Assembly (NCBI GenBank): GCA_043767805.1
Contig: JAYUGC010000181.1
Location: 1-21,097 of the forward strand
Length of the DNA: 21,097 bases
Direction: 5' to 3'
Source of the DNA: Pseudomonadota bacterium
GTDB taxonomy: Bacteria; Bdellovibrionota; FAC87; UBA2466
Part shown: positions 7,040 to 15,343 of the stretch, piece after piece
How the letters are laid out: each line of letters opens with the position of its first letter
Numbering within the stretch: position 1 is the stretch's first letter
The notes under the pieces: model-generated
What the model was told of the DNA's origin: nothing
What the model saw: the letters and a program-made list of their open reading frames with translations, nothing else
Database searches by the model: none
Program-made: the position numbers and the translations under genes

Positions 7040-8191
7040 TTATTGTGGAATGACGTTGCGCTTGAGGCGGCTGGAGCCACCAACGATGGCCCGGTTCGCC
7101 TCGAGCGCGACGGATAAAGAGCGCGGCACGATCATCGGCCCGCCCCAATGAACCGACTCGCTAGTATCGACGGCCGCGGCTCCGAAAAGATTTAAGGGAC
7201 TCTCGTTCGCCGGCTCGCGCTCACTCCCAGCGCCCACTCCCCGGCCACCCGACGCGGACAACTGCTTCATCGGCGGCAACGTTGGAGGCGGAGGCGCTTC
7301 GAAGCCTCGGGCTTGAGTGGCCGCCGGCGGCTGAGCGCTGTAGTGGCTCGGCGCGAAAGCGCGAGCCGTTCCCGGCTGACCAGGAATGTTGCCTTTCAAA
7401 TCAATCCCCACGGGGCTCGCGTTATTCATGCGCTGAGCGATGGTGCGGTTATCGGCCTGCGCGACTCGCTTCTCCGCCGCCGCCGTGTTGGTTCCGGTTT
7501 TCGTCTGCGTGCCGTCGCCTTGCGCCGCTTTCATGCGGGCCGCGTACTCGTTGGCGTACTGCTGGGCGGTCAACAAAGTATTTTGCTGAATGCGCGCGAT
7601 TTCCGCATCGGCTTGAGTCTTCGCGGCGCTTGCCTCGGTGGTTTTCTTTTCAGAATTCATCTGCGCGAGCAAATCTTTTTGCTCCTGGATTTGTTTTTCC
7701 AAGGCCGCGTTCTTCTCATCGTTCTGCGCCGGTCCCATCGCCGCGGGCGGAGCCGGAGGCGGCTGAGACGCCGCAGGGGGCGGAGGAGGAGGCGGAGGTT
7801 TGCTCGGCGGCGGAGGAGGAGGAGGAGGAGGAGGCGGCATCATCATGGGCGGCGAGCTTTTTTCACCCCCGCCACCACCGCTATGTCCGCCTTCGCTATG
7901 TTGCAACTGACTCAGTCTCGAGGCGTTCTGCGCATTGGTCGAGTCGATGGCTGCATTTTGATCGCGCCAATCCTTCGCGATCTTGTCCTTTTCTTCCGGG
8001 GTCTTAGCCTCGATGAATTTTTTTTCCGGAAAAGGCGTGTTGGGGATCGTTGAAGGGACCGTCGAATCCGTCGCGGCGCCGTGGGCGGACGCAGACAGCA
8101 AACAGGGCACGGCAAGGAGCAGCGCGAGCCAAAAGCCGACGGCCTTCAGTCCGGTAGCGAGTCCTCCGAATTTGCCTGCTTTCCCTGTCAT
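7040..8191 (-). CDS. Proline-rich, low-complexity secreted protein with coiled-coil segment (hypothetical)
   Basis: Signal-like 'FWLALLLAVPCLLSASAHG', P11 and P8 runs, and an A/Q/E/K-rich helical stretch. ATG 8191 is preferred over track start 8302. Confidence 0.72.
   Translation of the reverse strand: MTGKAGKFGGLATGLKAVGFWLALLLAVPCLLSASAHGAATDSTVPSTIPNTPFPEKKFIEAKTPEEKDKIAKDWRDQNAAIDSTNAQNASRLSQLQHSEGGHSGGGGGEKSSPPMMMPPPPPPPPPPPSKPPPPPPPPAASQPPPAPPAAMGPAQNDEKNAALEKQIQEQKDLLAQMNSEKKTTEASAAKTQADAEIARIQQNTLLTAQQYANEYAARMKAAQGDGTQTKTGTNTAAAEKRVAQADNRTIAQRMNNASPVGIDLKGNIPGQPGTARAFAPSHYSAQPPAATQARGFEAPPPPTLPPMKQLSASGGRGVGAGSEREPANESPLNLFGAAAVDTSESVHWGGPMIVPRSLSVALEANRAIVGGSSRLKRNVIPQ
7812..7832. 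repeat. (GGA)7 trinucleotide microsatellite encoding polyproline on the minus strand
   Basis: Seven exact GGA units flanked by GGC units. Confidence 0.85.
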
Positions 8192-8250
8192 AAGTATCAA
8201 CAAACTCCGCACAGACCCATGCGGGGGCCTGTTCCAATAGCCCTTTAAAT

Positions 8251-8266
8251 TGCATGTTCCCGGCCA
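8251..8266 (-). promoter_or_regulatory. Candidate sigma54 (-24/-12) promoter for the Pro-rich gene
   Basis: Minus strand TGGCCGGGAACATGCA has GG-N10-GC spacing and lies about 60 bp upstream of ATG 8191. Confidence 0.4.
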
Positions 8267-8553
8267 ACAATAACGAGATAACCATATGACATTTAAAGGC
8301 AAAATATTCGCTCGTATTCAACAAGTGGCCAAGTTTTGGAAGGTGTGCGGGAGCCTTACCTAACCCCTCGTAAGCAGACCCTTTCAAGGTGCACAGAAGC
8401 TGACGTGGTGGAACCAAGCGCCCGAGGCGGCGCCCGATTTCCAGCACCGAGAATTGTCCGACGGCCGAAAACAGCTTCGACACAAATCTTGCCGCCCTGG
8501 AGGGGGTGACTTTTTCCGCCGCAATGTATGCGCGAAGAATTCAGCGCACCGAA

Positions 8554-8570
8554 TGGGAACGCCCCTTGCA
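8554..8570 (+). promoter_or_regulatory. Candidate sigma54 (-24/-12) promoter for the lipoprotein gene
   Basis: TGGGAACGCCCCTTGCA against consensus YTGGCACGNNNNTTGCW, with correct GG-N10-GC spacing. It lies 60 bp upstream of ATG 8631. Confidence 0.5.
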
Positions 8571-8630
8571 AACTCTTACTTCGATTTTTGCTCCGCCTAT
8601 TTGGCGGACGTGGATGTTCAAGGAGTACTT

Positions 8631-9866
8631 ATGCGGACGCGGTTTCAATTTTTCGTCACGACGATCGGTCTCTCGGCTCTCATTCTCTCCGGCTGTAAAG
8701 TGAAAGTGCCGGAACAATCGAAACCCCATTGCACCGCGGTCGCGGCCAGCGCCTCCATCGAGCACAACGCTCCGGTGAGCGTCACGGTCACTGGGACCGG
8801 CGGAGAAGCTCCTTACACGCTCCAAGGCCAGGTCGGATCTTTCGCGACCTCGACCACCTTCTCTCGCAGCTACGCGAACGAGACAGGTGCGGATCTGCAC
8901 ATTGAAGAAGCGGTCCTCTTAAACGACAACGTCGGTTTGACGACCCAATGCTCTTTCAATGTCGTGGTTCATACCAAAGTCATCACGGCCCCGACTGCCT
9001 CGGTCGACGTGACGGCGTCTCCCTCTTTGACGGCGCTGAACACCCAGAACATCACCTTGCAAACGACGTCCACGAATCTCGGCAGCTCGCCGACATACAC
9101 TTTCGCTTTCACGGGCACGGGCGTTTCGAAAGTCCAGACGGGAAGCCAAGCGGTTTTCTCCGTCACCGACAGCCTCGCTCACGATTTCGACGTCGTCGTC
9201 ACTGGTACGGGCAATAGCCTCACCGCCACGAAGACAGTTCACTTGAGCTTCACGGTTCCCGCGGCCGGCTCCATGGCGTGTAACATCGCCCACGATAAGA
9301 GCTACGCGGTCATCGACGAACAAGTGACCTTTACGCTTTCCGCCCAAACCGGCGAAGCGCTCACCGTCTTGGAATTCCTCCCCGGCACGAGCGGCTCGGT
9401 GGTCTCCACCGTCGACGGCGTGGTGAAGGTGAAGTGGTCTTCCATCGGAACGAAAACGGTATCCGTGCGGGCCAAATCCAAAACCCGCAACGTCATCTGT
9501 AACAACAATCTTTCGATGATCGATTCCGTGGTAGTCCGAAAGGCTCTCAGTTGCATCGCCAAAACGGATGGCACCCAGTACCGCGTGTACTACGGAGCCG
9601 GCGCCCCGGCTTGGGACGGCTATATGTGGAACTCCGCGCTCGTTTGGGCAGAAATTCCGGCTGATTCCGGTAACGGCCAAGTCACCGTGACGGGGGTCAA
9701 CTCGATCCCGACGGTCAGCGGCTTCTTCCAGGCGTATCAGAACAACCCGATCGCGAAGGAAGTCTTCTTCTCTGAAGCGAAGACCTTCAAGCTCGAGTTG
9801 ACGGTACAGGATCAAGTTGGCAATACGGCTAAGTGCCAGACGTCGACCCTCAACTCATACTACTAA
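8631..9866 (+). CDS. Lipoprotein with several Thr/Ser/Val-rich Ig-like modules (hypothetical surface protein)
   Basis: AGGAG at 8621-8625 precedes ATG 8631, so the track start 8454 is over-extended. Lipobox LSGC. 'GTGGEAPYT' and 'FKLELTVQDQVGNTAKC' are PKD/Ig-like strands. Confidence 0.82.
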   Translation: MRTRFQFFVTTIGLSALILSGCKVKVPEQSKPHCTAVAASASIEHNAPVSVTVTGTGGEAPYTLQGQVGSFATSTTFSRSYANETGADLHIEEAVLLNDNVGLTTQCSFNVVVHTKVITAPTASVDVTASPSLTALNTQNITLQTTSTNLGSSPTYTFAFTGTGVSKVQTGSQAVFSVTDSLAHDFDVVVTGTGNSLTATKTVHLSFTVPAAGSMACNIAHDKSYAVIDEQVTFTLSAQTGEALTVLEFLPGTSGSVVSTVDGVVKVKWSSIGTKTVSVRAKSKTRNVICNNNLSMIDSVVVRKALSCIAKTDGTQYRVYYGAGAPAWDGYMWNSALVWAEIPADSGNGQVTVTGVNSIPTVSGFFQAYQNNPIAKEVFFSEAKTFKLELTVQDQVGNTAKCQTSTLNSYY

Positions 9867-9874
9867 AGCGCGGC

Positions 9875-10588
9875 ATGCAAAACGTATCGGAATATCTCAA
9901 AGCTCAGGCCGCCGTGTTCCTCAAAAAAGAAGACGACTGGACGAGTAAGCACGTCCACGAAAAGCGGGTCAGCACTCGACGACTGCGCATGGCACTCTGG
10001 TGGCTCGAGAAAGCTTCCGGAAAAGAAGGCAAACCCTTCCGTAAGGCGCGGCGCGATCTGGGCAAGCTCGGCCGAGTCCTGGGCGAGCGCCGCCAGTGGG
10101 ACGTTCTCTTTAAAGACGCAAAGAAATACGAGATCGCCACTGACACCTCCGACGAGGATCGCAAAAAAGCGGGCGAAGCCATTCCTTTGTATTTCAAATC
10201 CCACGGCGACAAAACCGAGAAGCATTTGCGCAGGGCCATTGAGAAAGCGGAATCACTCATAGACCCAAAAGCCTCTCGCCCTTTGAAGCGGCTACGCGAC
10301 GGCCTGAGCCACTGGCTCGAGAACCCGCCGAAGTCCAAACACGACTTTCACGAAGCGAGAATCGCGTTAAAAAAAGCCCGCTACGTCATGGAAGCCCTCG
10401 GCCTTGCCGTCGACGAGGTGAAAACGGTACAAGATTGGCTCGGCGAGGCGCATGACCTGGAGATTCTCCAGGAAACATTCGGAGAGAACGAGAAAGCCAC
10501 GCAAGCCGAAGCTGAAGCGCGAGGGAAAGCCCAGAAGGCTCTTCCGCAAGCACTCAAGCACGCCATCGAAGCCCTCTCCGCTGTCTAA
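9875..10588 (+). CDS. Stand-alone CHAD-domain protein (polyphosphate-binding family)
   Basis: Motifs HEKRVSTRRLR, LGERRQWDV, HEARIALKKARY and QDWLGEAHDL. ATG 9875 lies 8 bp after the previous stop. Confidence 0.88.
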   Translation: MQNVSEYLKAQAAVFLKKEDDWTSKHVHEKRVSTRRLRMALWWLEKASGKEGKPFRKARRDLGKLGRVLGERRQWDVLFKDAKKYEIATDTSDEDRKKAGEAIPLYFKSHGDKTEKHLRRAIEKAESLIDPKASRPLKRLRDGLSHWLENPPKSKHDFHEARIALKKARYVMEALGLAVDEVKTVQDWLGEAHDLEILQETFGENEKATQAEAEARGKAQKALPQALKHAIEALSAV

Positions 10589-10622
10589 AAGTGTCCACAC
10601 ACTTTTTAGACGCGGCTTTGGT

Positions 10623-11027
10623 TTAGGGGCGGTATTGGCCGAACTTGCGCTTGGCGCCCACCAGGGCGTCCAAGGAAAGTCGGCCCGGGCCCGTCAGTGC
10701 GATGGTGACGAAGGCTACCGCGTAGACGAAGGCTAGCTCTTTGACCTTCCACGGATCGGCCGCGTGAATCGCTCCGAACGCGACCAGCATCGTGATGAGC
10801 GCCGGAATGGCCGCGAGTCTCGTCGCAAGACCGACCGCGATTAGCGAGCCGCAGATCAACTCTCCGAAGATGGCGAGCGCCAGGCTGAACTTGCTACCGA
10901 CGTGCATGGGATCCGGAAAGGTCGCCGCCATCGCGGACCACGCTTGGAGCTTAGCCAAGCCGTGGTGCAAAGCGAGCACCCCACCGAATCCGAGACGAAG
11001 TAGCAAGAGACCGACATCGAGCATCAT
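10623..11027 (-). CDS. DoxX-family membrane protein
   Basis: 'GLLLLRLGFG...HHGLAKL', 'ELICGSLIAVGLATRLAA', 'KELA' and 'GPGRLSLD'. Overlaps the peptidase stop by 4 bp. Confidence 0.92.
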   Translation of the reverse strand: MMLDVGLLLLRLGFGGVLALHHGLAKLQAWSAMAATFPDPMHVGSKFSLALAIFGELICGSLIAVGLATRLAAIPALITMLVAFGAIHAADPWKVKELAFVYAVAFVTIALTGPGRLSLDALVGAKRKFGQYRP

Positions 11028-13087
11028 GGGGCGAATTCCTTTACGAGCTCGCTGGCTCCGTAAATTTTCAGAACGGCTTCGCGAATCGCGCTGGAGTGGA
11101 CGGAGACCGCCCGCGACACCGTTTCGCTATAGCCGAAGTTGGACGACAGTGACTGAATGTTACCATCGAAGATGAGCCCGACCAGCTCTCCGTCTTTATT
11201 AAAGACGGGGCTACCCGAGTTACCCCCAATGATGTCCGCCGTGGAAACGAAGTTGAAGGGCGTCGCGAGATCGAGACCAGCCTTCGTCGCATGCCAGCTC
11301 GCCGGAAGCTTCCAAGGGTCGGTCGCTCCGTGCGCCTTTTCGTGATCGTAGGCGCCGCCAAGAGTCGTCCAGGCGGGAATCGCCTTACCGTTCTCCGTGT
11401 AACCTTTAACCACGCCGTAAGCTAAGCGCAGCGTGAAGGTCGCATCGGGATACGTCGTATTTCCCTTGGCCGCGAACAGCGCTTGGGCAATCTGTCCGTA
11501 ACCCTGGGATTCCGCCTCATCGACTTCCTCTTCGAATTGCTTACGCAACTTGCGAGAGGAAGCGTCGAGCTTACGCGCGAGCACGATCATGGGATCGGTG
11601 CTCTTCTTGATGGCGGCGGCGCCGCCTTTCGCAATGAGCCGGCGAACGCTGGGATTAAACAGCGCCGTGCCCGTCACGAGATCGCTCGCCCGCTCCTCGG
11701 GCTCTTTGCCGGAGAGCGATCTGTCGACGATATCGCTCTGAGCGCCCAGCTGCTGCATCAAGAAGGAAAGCGAGCCGCCGAGCTTCGCAATCTCGAGCTC
11801 CGCATAAAGAGGCGCGTCGGAGAAGAGTTCCTGCTCCAAAGAAGCGCGGTTACTGTCGCGGTACTCCGCGAGCCGGTCGCCGTTCTGCTTCTTATCTTCC
11901 GCCGCCATGCGCACGAGATGGCGCGCGATCTTAAAGAGCGAAGAATCATAGCCCTGAAGCTTTTCGAGAAGCTGATACTTTACATAGAGCTTACGTTGCA
12001 CGACTTGCGCTTTGGCGACCGTATCCCAAGCTGAGGAAAGGCCTTTCAGCTTCGTGTCGCTTTCGACCGTCGCCCGCAATTCGTATTCCGCCTTTTGTTT
12101 GGCGGCGAGAAACGTCGGGTCCTGAAGGCCCTTCAACATGCCGAGATTGGCCTTGCGGCTATTTTGCACGTAAAACATTTCATCGCGCGCCTGGCGCTCG
12201 TACTCCGCACCGCGGTCGCCGTACTTGCGCAAAATCGCTTCGCGGTGACGAAGGAAGGTCAGCGTGTAGGGCAAGCGCAAGTCGCGCACAAAAATGAGAG
12301 CATCGGTCGTGAACATGCGGTTCGTCTTGCCGGGGTGACCAGAGACGAAAGTGAGCTCGCCGTCGGCGGCGTCCGTTTTCGACCATTTGAAGTAGTCCGG
12401 CGTCGAGACCGGCTTGTCGTTCTCGTACACGCGGAAGATCGCCATATCGAGATCGTAGCGCGGGTACTCGAAGTTGTCCGGGTCTCCGCCAAAAAACGCG
12501 GTCGCCACTTCCGGAGCGAACACCACGCGCACGTCGGTGTACTTTTTGTAGCGATAGAGATGAAACGCGCCGCCGCGGTAGAGCGCCACGACTTCACTGC
12601 GGAGGCCCGTCTTATCGAAAGATTCCTTTTCCACCTGCGCGATGACCGTGCGTCGGGCGGCGGCCGCCTCCGCCACCGACATGGTCGCCTTCACGGCGCC
12701 GTTCACTCGCGCCGTTACGTCTTCGATGGAGAGAAGCTGATTGAGCTCGAGGTCGGGAGCTTTGATTTCTTCTGCTTGAGTGCGGGCGAGAAATCCGTCT
12801 CTCAAATAATTCTTAGCGGCCGTGGATACCTTATAGAGCGTGTCGGCGGCGACATGGTGATTGGTCAGGACCAAGCCCGTGGGGGAGATGAAGGAGCCCG
12901 ATCCTCCGCTATTGAACCGCACGGAAGCTTTCATGGCGTGCTCCGACCAAGCCTCGGTTGGCTCAAAGCCATACTTCGCTTTCAGCTGCGCCTTGGGCAG
13001 CTGATTGAAGAGCCACATGCCTTCGTCGGCGCGGGCTGTGGTAGCGGCTACGAAAAAACTAACTAGAGCGAAAGAGAATAGTTTCAT
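11024..13087 (-). CDS. S46-family dipeptidyl peptidase (DPP7/DPP11-like)
   Basis: Signal peptide then DEGMW. Motifs GSGSFISPTGLVLTNHHVA, YPDATFTLRLAYG, DIIGGNSGSPV and GLIFDGN. AGGAG precedes ATG 13087. Confidence 0.95.
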   Translation of the reverse strand: MKLFSFALVSFFVAATTARADEGMWLFNQLPKAQLKAKYGFEPTEAWSEHAMKASVRFNSGGSGSFISPTGLVLTNHHVAADTLYKVSTAAKNYLRDGFLARTQAEEIKAPDLELNQLLSIEDVTARVNGAVKATMSVAEAAAARRTVIAQVEKESFDKTGLRSEVVALYRGGAFHLYRYKKYTDVRVVFAPEVATAFFGGDPDNFEYPRYDLDMAIFRVYENDKPVSTPDYFKWSKTDAADGELTFVSGHPGKTNRMFTTDALIFVRDLRLPYTLTFLRHREAILRKYGDRGAEYERQARDEMFYVQNSRKANLGMLKGLQDPTFLAAKQKAEYELRATVESDTKLKGLSSAWDTVAKAQVVQRKLYVKYQLLEKLQGYDSSLFKIARHLVRMAAEDKKQNGDRLAEYRDSNRASLEQELFSDAPLYAELEIAKLGGSLSFLMQQLGAQSDIVDRSLSGKEPEERASDLVTGTALFNPSVRRLIAKGGAAAIKKSTDPMIVLARKLDASSRKLRKQFEEEVDEAESQGYGQIAQALFAAKGNTTYPDATFTLRLAYGVVKGYTENGKAIPAWTTLGGAYDHEKAHGATDPWKLPASWHATKAGLDLATPFNFVSTADIIGGNSGSPVFNKDGELVGLIFDGNIQSLSSNFGYSETVSRAVSVHSSAIREAVLKIYGASELVKEFAP

Positions 13088-13162
13088 GTGACTCCCTGAA
13101 TGGGAGCACTTTCCCCTTAGGCCCAAAGTCCGGCAAGAATTTTCGCGGGGTGGGTGTCGTCG

Positions 13163-13474
13163 TTAGTTCACGCCGTTTGACGCGTCCATGAAAACTTTGC
13201 GGTCGCCGGCAAAAGCGTCTTTCACGAAGCGATGCACTTCGGGAAGCTTGGCCTGAAGCTCTTTGGCGGTGAGATGCTCCGCGACGACTTTACCGTCGGC
13301 TTCATTCACGGTGTAGAGCGTGCCCTTGGGGCTCGCCGAGACCGTGATGTGGTAGTTGCGAAATTGCAGAGTCACGACGGGAGCCGGCGCCTCTTGAGCT
13401 TCTTCCCCGGCAAACGAAACGCGAGGGCTAAGGCCCATCAAACACAAGGTGAGTGCGAACCAGCTGCCTTTCAT
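13163..13474 (-). CDS. Small secreted hypothetical protein
   Basis: AGGAGG Shine-Dalgarno, signal peptide ending 'SFA', GC-rich third codon positions. Confidence 0.72.
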   Translation of the reverse strand: MKGSWFALTLCLMGLSPRVSFAGEEAQEAPAPVVTLQFRNYHITVSASPKGTLYTVNEADGKVVAEHLTAKELQAKLPEVHRFVKDAFAGDRKVFMDASNGVN

Positions 13475-13561
13475 GACTGCCTCCTAATTAGCTGTTTCAT
13501 AGTACCACTGCCCGGACTGAAAAGCCGTTGGCAGTCCCGCCCCACGGCGGTAAAAGGCGCC

Positions 13562-13927
13562 ATGCTCTCTTACGATTTCTACAAATGGATGCACGTCACC
13601 GGCGTGCTCGCGATGATTTTGGGACTGGGCGGCGGATTTCTCACGCATCTCTCAGGCGTGCTTCCCGCCGGACCGGGCCGCCGGGCCATCGCGATTTCCC
13701 ACGGCGTCGGACTTTTGCTGGTCTTGGTGGGAGCCTTCGGCATGATCGCCCGGGGCGGCATCGTGTTTCCGTGGCCCGCGTGGATGTTCGGTAAGATCGC
13801 TATATGGTTCGCTTTAGGCGGCCTCATCGCCCTGCCTATGCAGAACCCCACCCTCAGCCGCAAGCTCTGGTGGCTGCCGCTCCTCCTCGCCTCTTTCGCC
13901 GTGTATTTGGTGCTATACCGACCTTGA
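13562..13927 (+). CDS. Small four-helix integral membrane protein (SirB2/DUF2269-like, two membrane His)
   Basis: 'YKWMHVTGV', 'ISHGVGLLLVLVGAFGM', 'PAWMFGKIAIW' and C-terminal 'YRP'. The real start is ATG 13562, and the track's 13232 extension overlaps a minus-strand gene. Confidence 0.78.
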   Translation: MLSYDFYKWMHVTGVLAMILGLGGGFLTHLSGVLPAGPGRRAIAISHGVGLLLVLVGAFGMIARGGIVFPWPAWMFGKIAIWFALGGLIALPMQNPTLSRKLWWLPLLLASFAVYLVLYRP

Positions 13928-13958
13928 ACCACTGCGTTAAATCCGCTAGAAAAGCGGA

Positions 13959-15326
13959 ATGAAACAAATCGCCATCGTTCTTGGGGTATCGGGTTTTACT
14001 TTGCTCACGGGCTGCTCGTCGGGACCTTCCGACACGAGCTGGCTGCGTTTGATGGGCTCTCCCGCCGAAGAGTCCGCGCACGCCGTAGCCGTCGCTAAAG
14101 ACGGCGCCGTTTTCGCGGTGGGATCGACCCAAGGTAGCGTGGACGACGCCAAGAGCCGCGGAGGCCTCGATGCCTTCGTCGCGAAGTACAACACCGACGG
14201 CAAGCTCGAATGGAAAAAAACTCTCGGCACCACCGAGAACGAAGAAGCCCGCGCGGTCACGACCGATGCGGACGGTAACGTCTACGTCACCGGTTACACC
14301 GGCGGCGCCTTGGACGGCGGCAACGGTCCCAAAGACGATCAGGTGTTTGTCGCGAAATTGGATTCCAGCGGCAAGACGGTTTGGCTCAGCCTCTTCGGTG
14401 AGACCACGCCTGTGAACGTGAACTCCACCAAAGAGTCCGGGGAAGGCATCGTGCTTTCCGGCACGAGTCTTTTCGTCACCGGCTATACGGTAAACAGTTT
14501 TGGAAAATCCGTGGGCGAAGCGCCCGAGCGCGACGCGTTCGTACTGAAAGTGGATGCGGACGGAAAACAGATCGAAGCCAAAGTCTACGGCTCCAACCGC
14601 AACGACTCGGGCGCGGCCATCGCCGTGGCGCCCGACGGCGCGGTTTACCTCGCGGGATCCTCCGATGGGAGCATGGGCGTGGATCAAACTTCGTCGACGA
14701 CCGGATCGAAACCGGCCCAGCACTCGACCAATCCCAATGAAGGTTTCACCGATGCGTTCGTCATGCGTCTTGGCGTCGGCGAAGAAGATTCCTGGACTCG
14801 GCACGCCGGCACCACCAGCAGCGAAACGGGCACGGCCCTCGCCGTCGATTCCACGACGGGAGACGTCTACGTCGGCGGCACCGCCGCCAACGGGCTCGAG
14901 GGCATTCAACCCCTCGGCATGGGCGATGGCTTCGTCGCGAAGTTCGACAAAGCCGGAAATTTTGTCTGGCAGCATTTGGTTGGCGGCTCTTCCATCGACA
15001 CCTTGGAAGGTCTCGCGGTCGGCACTAGCGGCCGCGTATTTGCCACCGGCGCGACGTGGAGTGATTTGAGGTCGGGTGAGTCCACCGGACGCACGGACGT
15101 TTATCTCACCGAGCTAAATCCCGCGAACGGCGCCCAAGTGAACGTGCTTCAACGCACCGGAAGCGAAAATCAAGCCTGGGGCAAAGGCATCATTTCCGAT
15201 GGTCTCGGACGCCTCATCATCGTGGGCCGCGCCGAAGGCACCATGGAAGACCAAAAGGGCGCGGGCGGTTTCGATGCGCTGCTTTGGAAGGTCAAGGAAT
15301 CCGAGCTGGCTCCGGTCAAGAAGTAA
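13959..15326 (+). CDS. SBBP-repeat (seven-bladed beta-propeller) lipoprotein
   Basis: Lipobox LTGC. Repeats of the form 'DAFVAKYNTDGKLEWKKTLGT...AVTTDADGNVYVTGYT' recur about 7 times. Confidence 0.88.
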   Translation: MKQIAIVLGVSGFTLLTGCSSGPSDTSWLRLMGSPAEESAHAVAVAKDGAVFAVGSTQGSVDDAKSRGGLDAFVAKYNTDGKLEWKKTLGTTENEEARAVTTDADGNVYVTGYTGGALDGGNGPKDDQVFVAKLDSSGKTVWLSLFGETTPVNVNSTKESGEGIVLSGTSLFVTGYTVNSFGKSVGEAPERDAFVLKVDADGKQIEAKVYGSNRNDSGAAIAVAPDGAVYLAGSSDGSMGVDQTSSTTGSKPAQHSTNPNEGFTDAFVMRLGVGEEDSWTRHAGTTSSETGTALAVDSTTGDVYVGGTAANGLEGIQPLGMGDGFVAKFDKAGNFVWQHLVGGSSIDTLEGLAVGTSGRVFATGATWSDLRSGESTGRTDVYLTELNPANGAQVNVLQRTGSENQAWGKGIISDGLGRLIIVGRAEGTMEDQKGAGGFDALLWKVKESELAPVKK

Positions 15327-15343
15327 GGGCAGAATGAGAGGGA

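Noticed and set aside
7282..8053. Two + strand ORFs with poly-Glu or poly-Arg tracts
   Set aside because: These are antisense readings of the polyproline repeat. The minus-strand ORF has the signal peptide and coherent composition.
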